NCBI GenBank assembly: GCA_041739675.1
Contig: JBGSNL010000022.1
Location: forward strand, 1 to 13,411
Origin: a bacterium
GTDB taxonomy: Bacteria > UBA10199 > 2-02-FULL-44-16 > DYJF01
Direction of reading: 5' to 3'
Length of the DNA: 13,411 nucleotides
Below are positions 7,346 through 13,411 of the stretch, in pieces; the first letter of the stretch is position 1, and every line of letters starts with the position of its first letter. Position numbers and translations under genes: made by a program. The notes below the pieces were generated by a model. That model ran no database searches and was not told the DNA's origin. It worked only from the letters and a program-made list of their open reading frames with translations.

Positions 7346-9889
7346 ATGAAAAAGCTTTCCGCAAGCGAGCTTACCTGGCGCTGCCCGGAAGAGTTCCTGA
7401 AGTTTTTCAAGGGGGCCGAGAAGATACCCACCACCGCCATGGTCGTGGGCCAGGACCGCGCCCTGAACGCTTTGGACATAGGGCTCAAACTCTTCCGCCC
7501 GGGATATAACATCTACGTCTCCGGCATTTCGGGCACAGGCAGGATGACCACCATAAAGCGCGTCCTCGAACAGATCCATCCCATATGTCCGGCACCTCCC
7601 GACCGCTGCTACGTCTACAATTTCGTCGAAGCCTCGCAGCCGGTTCTTCTCACCTTCCCGCGAGGGCAGGGAAAAACCTTCAGGGACGACATGCGCGAAT
7701 TCATCCGCGTGATGCGCGCCGAAATTCCCAAGACCCTGGAGTCGCAGCACGTCGCCAAGGAAAAGGACCTGATAGTCGACCGGTATCAGCGTCAGGAGAA
7801 AAAATTATTCGAAGAGTTCGCGGAACAGCTCAAAAAAGATGGCTTCGCCCTCATACAAATCCAGGAGGGCGGATATGTCGCGCCTTCCATATTCCCGATC
7901 GTCGGCGACGAAGCGGTCTCGATCGACTACCTCGACACCCTGGTGAAGGAAGGAAAGATGCCGGAGGAGGAGCGCGACCAGAAAACAAGAAAGCACAAAG
8001 AACTCTCGCAGGAGCTCAAACGCGTTCTGCAGAAGGCGCGCGCGCTGGGCCGCGACATGCACCATGCGCTGGACAGGTTGATGCAGCGGTCGGGCTCGAT
8101 GATCTTAGACGGCCTGATGGACGATTTAAGGAACCGCTACACGGATGAAAAAGTCAGAAAATATCTTTTCCGGATGAAGGCGCACATTCTGAAAAATCTT
8201 GAGGTCTTCACAGGCAAGGAAAAAAAGGAAGAGGGGGTCATAATAGTCGGCGGCGGCAGGCAGCAGGAGGATCCGTTCTGGGTCTATGACGTCAATCTTC
8301 TATACGATCAGAGCCAGGAGGGAGTGTCGAAAGAATGCCCGATAGTTGAAGAGAACAATCCTTCATATATGAACCTCTTCGGCGCCATCGAATACAGCAT
8401 GGGCCCGGGCGGAACGTGGTCCACCGATTTCAGACACATCAAAGCCGGCTCGATCCTCAAGGCCGACGGCGGCTATCTCATAGTCAACGCGTTGGATCTT
8501 TTAAAGCGCCCGTTCGTATGGGATCACTTGAAGCGCGTTTTAAAAACCGAAGAGCTCGTCATCCAGCAACCGGAATATTACTTCTCGCTGGCACCTCTTG
8601 CCATCAAGCCGGAACCGATAAAGCTCAGCGTCAAGATCATCATGATCGGCAGCAACTGGCTCTACGATCTTCTCTACAACTGGGAAGAGGAGTTCCCTAA
8701 AATATTCAAGGTGCTTTCAGATTTCGACACGACGATGCCCATAACAAAGGAAAGCGTAAAACAGTACGCGTCCGTTTTGAAAACCGTGTGCGAACGCGGA
8801 AAGCTTAAACCCTTCGACAAGACCGGGTTGGCCGCGATGCTCGAATACGGCGTCGAGGAATCCGAAAACCGCGGCCGCATTTCGACGCGCTTCTCATATA
8901 TAACGGATGTGCTCCGCGAAGCGGACTACTGGGCCGGCGCCGACAAATCGAAAAACATTTCCGGCCGCCATGTCGACAAGGCGATCGAGGCGAGGCGCGA
9001 ACGCCACCGCTTAACTGAAGAACGTGTGCAGCGCATGATCGAAGAGGGCGTGATCTTAATCGATACAAAGGGCAAGCGCGTGGGGCAGGTGAACGGTCTC
9101 GCTGTCTATTCGTTGGGACATGCTTCTTTCGGAAAACCGTCGCGAGTGACCGCCTCAACTTCCGTTGGAAAGGCCGGTCTCATCAACATCGAGCGCGAAG
9201 CAAGGCTCTCCGGGCCCACGCACGATAAGGGAGTCATGATCCTCTCCGGGTATCTCAGACATAAATACGCAACTCACATGCCGCTCAACCTTTCGGCGTC
9301 GATATGTTTTGAGCAATCCTACGGCGGAATCGACGGAGATTCCGCATCTTCGACCGAGCTGTATGCACTCCTCTCGTCTCTTGCCGATCTGCCTATTGAT
9401 CAGGGAATTGCTGTTACCGGCTCCATCAACCAGATGGGGGACATCCAGCCCATCGGCGGCGTGAACGAAAAGATCGAGGGCTTCTTCGACGTTTGCAAGG
9501 CTCAAGGCTTGACCGGCAAACAGGGCGTTATGATCCCCGTCCAGAACATGCGTCATCTCGTTTTGCACAAACGCGTGACAGATGCCGTTACAAAGAAAAA
9601 ATTTCATATTTACGCAATCGACAATGTCGATGAGGGTATCTCGCTATTGACGGGAAAACCAATCGGCAAACCGGATGCGAAGGGAATTTATCCGGCGGGC
9701 ACCGTTCACGGACGCGTGCAGCGAAAACTCAAGTCGATGTCGCAGATACTGAAAACTTTTGAGGGCGCGGCTGAAGGAGAGGCGCCGAAACTTTTGCCGG
9801 CGCACGAGGATGAAGAACACAAAAACCCGCCAAGAAAACGTGGGCGCGCCATAAAGGCGCCGGCGCGCAAGCGGGCAAGGAGGAAATAA
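7346..9889 (+). CDS. Lon-like S16 protease, LonC/YcbZ type (AAA-like module plus Lon_C domain); probable start ATG 7346 (847 aa)
   Basis: Motifs VVGQDRA, GYNIYVSGISGTGRMT (degenerate Walker A), DRCYVYNF, NPSYMNLFG, IKAGSILKADGGYL and VGQVNGLAVY. Catalytic Ser in FEQSYGGIDGDSAS and catalytic Lys in IGGVNEKIEGFF. Confidence 0.93.
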   Translation: MKKLSASELTWRCPEEFLKFFKGAEKIPTTAMVVGQDRALNALDIGLKLFRPGYNIYVSGISGTGRMTTIKRVLEQIHPICPAPPDRCYVYNFVEASQPVLLTFPRGQGKTFRDDMREFIRVMRAEIPKTLESQHVAKEKDLIVDRYQRQEKKLFEEFAEQLKKDGFALIQIQEGGYVAPSIFPIVGDEAVSIDYLDTLVKEGKMPEEERDQKTRKHKELSQELKRVLQKARALGRDMHHALDRLMQRSGSMILDGLMDDLRNRYTDEKVRKYLFRMKAHILKNLEVFTGKEKKEEGVIIVGGGRQQEDPFWVYDVNLLYDQSQEGVSKECPIVEENNPSYMNLFGAIEYSMGPGGTWSTDFRHIKAGSILKADGGYLIVNALDLLKRPFVWDHLKRVLKTEELVIQQPEYYFSLAPLAIKPEPIKLSVKIIMIGSNWLYDLLYNWEEEFPKIFKVLSDFDTTMPITKESVKQYASVLKTVCERGKLKPFDKTGLAAMLEYGVEESENRGRISTRFSYITDVLREADYWAGADKSKNISGRHVDKAIEARRERHRLTEERVQRMIEEGVILIDTKGKRVGQVNGLAVYSLGHASFGKPSRVTASTSVGKAGLINIEREARLSGPTHDKGVMILSGYLRHKYATHMPLNLSASICFEQSYGGIDGDSASSTELYALLSSLADLPIDQGIAVTGSINQMGDIQPIGGVNEKIEGFFDVCKAQGLTGKQGVMIPVQNMRHLVLHKRVTDAVTKKKFHIYAIDNVDEGISLLTGKPIGKPDAKGIYPAGTVHGRVQRKLKSMSQILKTFEGAAEGEAPKLLPAHEDEEHKNPPRKRGRAIKAPARKRARRK

Positions 9890-11901
9890 TGGACGACCCG
9901 AAACAGCAGTTGATCGTCGGTCTGCCGGAGAACGCGTTTCGCGAACTTAGAGCAGGCGAAAAATACGTCCCGCTGGTCGGAGTGGAAGAAAAAGTTCAGG
10001 AGGTGACGGTACGTTCGTTTCTCTTGGGCATCCTCATGTCGGTTATCTTCTCGGCCTCGATGGCGTATCTGACCTTGAAGATCGGAACGGGCATAGAGGC
10101 GGCGATACCGATAGCGATCATCGCGGTGGGTCTTTCATACGCCTTCAGGAGAAGAAGCACTCTTCTCGAAAACATCATTATAATAGCCATCGGCGCAACC
10201 TCCGGAATTGTGGTCGGCGGCGCCGTCTTCACACTGCCCGCGTTATATATAATGGGGCTAGAGGGGCAGACCAATCTCTTCCAGCTATTTTTCATTCCTC
10301 TTTTGGGATCGATCTTGGGCGTCGTTCTTCTTATTCCTCTTCGCCGTTACTTTGTAGCCGACATGCACGGCAAGCTCCCGTTCCCCGAAGCCACCGCAAC
10401 GACTGAAATACTCGTGGCCGGCAAAAAGGGCGGAAAAGATGCGCGAGTTTTGGCATACACGATGGTGATAGGCGGCATCTACGACTTTTTGGCGATCATA
10501 CTCCGCACATGGCGCGAGACATTTTCGACAGAGATGATCGGAGCTTTCGGCGTGCTCACGACAAAAGCGAAGGCCGTATTTTCGGTGAACACCGGCGCCG
10601 CAATAACAGCTATGGGGTACATCGTGGGTCTCAGATGGGCGGCCGTCATGAGCGCAGGCGGGCTTCTTTCCTGGCTCGTCCTCATCCCGGTATTCGCCCA
10701 TGTCGGAGGTTTGACAGGCAATGTTGAAATGGCCGCAATGACTTCCGACGACATTTTTTCAAAATACGTCCGCATCATAGGCATCGGCGGAATATTCATG
10801 GCCGGCGTCATCGGAATCATCAAATCCCTTCCGGTCATGTACAACGCGTTTTCAAAGGGGTTCAAGGAGCTCTTCGAGAGCCGCAAGAAACATGCGCAGG
10901 AGGTGAGGAAAGTTGAAAGAACCGAGCTCGATATAAGAATGTTTGGCGTCGTCGTCCTCGTTCTCGTATCGCTCGTCTCAATTCTTATCTATTTCAGATG
11001 GTCGGTGCTTGTGGCGCAACCCAATCCAATGGGGTTGGCCTTAATAGCGCTGGTCGTCACGTTCGTTTTGGCGTTTCTATTCACCAGCGTTTCGGCAAGG
11101 GCGATTGCGACGATCGGCACAACGCCTATTTCCGGCATGACGATGATGACGTTAGTGATTGCATGCCTGCTTCTCATCAAAGCCGGGCTCGTTGGCACCG
11201 GCGGAATGGTGTCGGCACTCTTAATCGGCGGTGTTGTCTGCACGTCGCTTTCAATGTCCGGTTCGCTCGTAACGCAGTTCAAGATCAGTTATTGGTTGGG
11301 CGCAACGCCGCGCTGGATAGAATGGGCGAACATCGTGGGATCAGTCGTGGCGGCAATCGTCACATCATATGTCATCGTAATGCTCTCGCAGGTTTACGGT
11401 TTTGCGCCGTCTCCTACGCATCCCAATCCGCTCCCCGCGCCGCAGGCGAACGCAATGGCCGCGGTTATTCAGGGGATCATGGTCTCGGCATCCGCTCCGT
11501 GGTTTCTCTACGCAATCGGCGCGATGATCGCGCTCTTGATGGAGATGGTGGGGGTTGCACCTCTCGCGTTTGCCCTTGGTATGTATCTGCCGCTTGATCT
11601 GACGCTGCCCATGCTCGTCGGCGCTCTCATTTCGCACGCGGTCAAAAAATCCACGAAAGGCGAGAAGCTATCGGAGAAGCGCTATGCGCGAGGCACATTG
11701 ATATCGTCGGGTCTCATCGCCGGCGGCGCGCTGATGGGGGTGGTAGGCGCCTTCATGCAATGGCTTGGTCAGGAGGTCCTGCATAAAGAGTTCTTGCCCG
11801 ATTTTGCGAACGTGGGCGCGTTCGGCAACTGGCTGGGGCTCGGCATGCTGCTCATCTTGTGCGGCTACATCTATTGGGACAGCTTGCGCGCAAAGGAGTA
11901 G
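9889..11901 (+). CDS. OPT-family (OPT/YSL) oligopeptide or metal-chelate transporter
   Basis: 670-aa polytopic membrane protein with EVTVRS, YLTLKIG..EAAIP, LLENII, IPLRRYFV, LPFPEATA, LGATP and LPAPQANAMA motifs. TAATG overlap with the Lon stop. Confidence 0.93.
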   Translation: MDDPKQQLIVGLPENAFRELRAGEKYVPLVGVEEKVQEVTVRSFLLGILMSVIFSASMAYLTLKIGTGIEAAIPIAIIAVGLSYAFRRRSTLLENIIIIAIGATSGIVVGGAVFTLPALYIMGLEGQTNLFQLFFIPLLGSILGVVLLIPLRRYFVADMHGKLPFPEATATTEILVAGKKGGKDARVLAYTMVIGGIYDFLAIILRTWRETFSTEMIGAFGVLTTKAKAVFSVNTGAAITAMGYIVGLRWAAVMSAGGLLSWLVLIPVFAHVGGLTGNVEMAAMTSDDIFSKYVRIIGIGGIFMAGVIGIIKSLPVMYNAFSKGFKELFESRKKHAQEVRKVERTELDIRMFGVVVLVLVSLVSILIYFRWSVLVAQPNPMGLALIALVVTFVLAFLFTSVSARAIATIGTTPISGMTMMTLVIACLLLIKAGLVGTGGMVSALLIGGVVCTSLSMSGSLVTQFKISYWLGATPRWIEWANIVGSVVAAIVTSYVIVMLSQVYGFAPSPTHPNPLPAPQANAMAAVIQGIMVSASAPWFLYAIGAMIALLMEMVGVAPLAFALGMYLPLDLTLPMLVGALISHAVKKSTKGEKLSEKRYARGTLISSGLIAGGALMGVVGAFMQWLGQEVLHKEFLPDFANVGAFGNWLGLGMLLILCGYIYWDSLRAKE

Positions 11902-11904
11902 AAG

Positions 11905-12285
11905 ATGAAACTTGTCAAAGAAGCCATCAAGGCGCGCAAAAACGCTTACGCGCCTTACTCGAAGTTCAAAGTAGGAGCTGCGCTTGAGGCGGCGAACGGC
12001 AAGATCTACACGGGAAGCAACGTGGAAAATTCGTCCTACGGTCTTACCGTTTGTGCCGAACGCGTGGCACTCTTCAAAGCTGTTTCCGACGGCGTTAAGA
12101 AATTCAGGCGACTCGCCATCGTCGCCGATACGAAATCGCCGTGTCCGCCGTGCGGCATCTGCCGGCAGGCGCTTTACGAATTTGCTCCGAACCTGGAAAT
12201 CGTCATGGCGAATATGAAGGGAAAAACAAAAATCGTAAAACTTGGCGAACTTTTGAAACATCCGTTCAGTCTCAACAATCATTGA
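11905..12285 (+). CDS. cdd: Cytidine deaminase (homotetrameric, Bacillus type)
   Basis: AYAPYSKFKVGAA, NVENSSYGLTVCAER (Cys Zn ligand and catalytic Glu) and PCGICRQ. SD AAGGAG lies within the end of the OPT gene. Confidence 0.96.
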   Translation: MKLVKEAIKARKNAYAPYSKFKVGAALEAANGKIYTGSNVENSSYGLTVCAERVALFKAVSDGVKKFRRLAIVADTKSPCPPCGICRQALYEFAPNLEIVMANMKGKTKIVKLGELLKHPFSLNNH

Positions 12286-12287
12286 GT

Positions 12288-12347
12288 TGTCATTCTGAGC
12301 GAGGCGAAGAATCCCATGGGATCCTTCGCCTTCGGCTCAGGATGACA
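12288..12347. repeat. 60-nt REP-like palindromic element between convergent genes
   Basis: Outer arms TGTCATTCTGAGC 12288-12300 / GCTCAGGATGACA 12335-12347 (12/13). Inner palindrome AGGCGAAGaATCCCA|TGGGATcCTTCGCCT at 12302-12331. Confidence 0.85.
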
Positions 12348-12361
12348 TCCATACTTTGCTT

Positions 12362-13411
12362 TCAGTTCACAAAGACGTGCCGCTCGAAACTCACCTCTCC
12401 GGTTTTTGCATTGACGTAATACAAACCGAGGCCGGCCTTGACCTCATAGAAGAGTTCATTCGAGCCCGGTAGAATAACGAGTCGCGCCTCGGGTGCCGCT
12501 ACACTTTTTCCTGAATGCCCCAAATGTGCGACCGCGGCAGCGGCGATACGATAATCCATCTGCGCTGCAGCAAGCCGTTCACGGCAGTCTTCGTCCCGCA
12601 TAAACCCCTTGCTCGACGAGAGCTGTTCGAGCGCGATCTTCCTGCGATTTGCCTCGCGCAGCGAAACCATGGCGTTCGCGCGGGCCGTCCCCAGCGCCCC
12701 TGCCAGATCCACGTTCACAGTCTCATCGATCTCGCCGGGGGCGATGACTCTCACGTCTTTTGCCGATACCACGGAGCCGCCAGGCCCGTCCTGCTCGATG
12801 GCCCCGCCGCCTATAACATCGACATATCCGTGCTCCCTCGTGGCGTACTGCTGCTGATAAAACCGTTGCGAGGAGTTTTGTTCGTCAGGGACAAATCTTA
12901 TGAGCCCGTCCCCTCCAAAGCGCTCTTCCACTTCCATTATTGTAGCGAACACATCGCCCTCCTCTTCCAGCGGAGCCGCGTCCAGAAACCCGCGCCTCTT
13001 CGCTTCGTCCATTATTATCGACTTGACCGCCTCAAGATCGACTCCCAGTTTTTGAGCCGCTGCAAGCGACTCGGCCCCTGAAATAACCGCGCTGACAAAA
13101 TCGGCGGGCGTGGGCTTTGTCGTCTTGTACTGAAACGAGTGCTCGAACAGAAGTTGAAGGGTGAGATCCGCCGCCTGACGGCTTTCAAGCCCCAGCCCCT
13201 GCAGCCTCTCTTTCAGCGACCAGAAAAAACCCGCATAGATCTGACCACGGTCGTGCTCCTCGGTGCTCACGTCCTTGAGAGTGAGATCGTGCTTTGCGGT
13301 TCTCAAGCCCTCGGTCTTGCTGTCAGTTCCTTTTTCGTAGGCCGCAAAGTCCTCGCTCAACTCCGGGTCGTCACTGCGCAACGAAGCCAGGGCATCGCCA
13401 AACCCTTCGTG
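12362..13411 (-). CDS. M36/M4 (gluzincin)-like zinc metalloprotease, C-terminal part, with C-terminal FTP- and PepSY-like modules; start lies beyond the right edge
   Basis: The frame is open to the window edge and adds HEGFGDALASL (ExxxD third Zn-ligand motif) before the track ORF. It also has EEHDRGQIYAGFFWSL and DFVSAVISGA...EAKRRGF, both M36-like. Then FYQQQY...VDVIGG...VVSA (FTP-like) and PEARLVILP...LFYEV...YYVNAKTGEV (PepSY-like). HExxH is not visible in the window. Confidence 0.7.
   Translation of the reverse strand, partial: HEGFGDALASLRSDDPELSEDFAAYEKGTDSKTEGLRTAKHDLTLKDVSTEEHDRGQIYAGFFWSLKERLQGLGLESRQAADLTLQLLFEHSFQYKTTKPTPADFVSAVISGAESLAAAQKLGVDLEAVKSIIMDEAKRRGFLDAAPLEEEGDVFATIMEVEERFGGDGLIRFVPDEQNSSQRFYQQQYATREHGYVDVIGGGAIEQDGPGGSVVSAKDVRVIAPGEIDETVNVDLAGALGTARANAMVSLREANRRKIALEQLSSSKGFMRDEDCRERLAAAQMDYRIAAAAVAHLGHSGKSVAAPEARLVILPGSNELFYEVKAGLGLYYVNAKTGEVSFERHVFVN

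Noticed and set aside
11905..12285. Deaminase as an anti-phage or toxin deaminase
   Set aside because: It is a canonical housekeeping tetrameric Cdd with no extra domains.
1..13411. CRISPR array, transposase, integrase, prophage, rRNA or tRNA
   Set aside because: No regularly spaced direct repeats or recognisable motifs were seen; nearly all of the sequence is explained by the listed genes.

Overview
Bacterial chromosomal window with moderate-to-high GC; the gene set looks diderm, possibly Deltaproteobacteria-like, but taxonomy is inference only. Left, minus strand: a probable operon of a 98-aa hypothetical protein, an AsmA-family protein, a YcbK/MepK (M15) peptidoglycan endopeptidase, a 170-nt branched inverted-repeat element, and a nitrilase/carbon-nitrogen hydrolase that runs off the left edge and is missing from the ORF track. 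Middle: an MFS transporter (+) converges on a Cys-rich lipoprotein (-) at a terminator, followed by a 436-aa staphylococcal-nuclease-like protein (-) whose motifs are separated by two large insertions. Right, plus strand: a coupled LonC-like protease, OPT transporter and cytidine deaminase, then a 60-nt REP-like palindrome. The window ends in a partial M36/M4-like zinc metalloprotease (-) with FTP/PepSY-like modules C-terminal to the catalytic domain. I found no CRISPR array, tRNA, rRNA or transposase. I cannot support one coherent novel multi-gene system. The best leads are the expanded thermonuclease, the metalloprotease with inverted domain order, and the 170-nt structured element.
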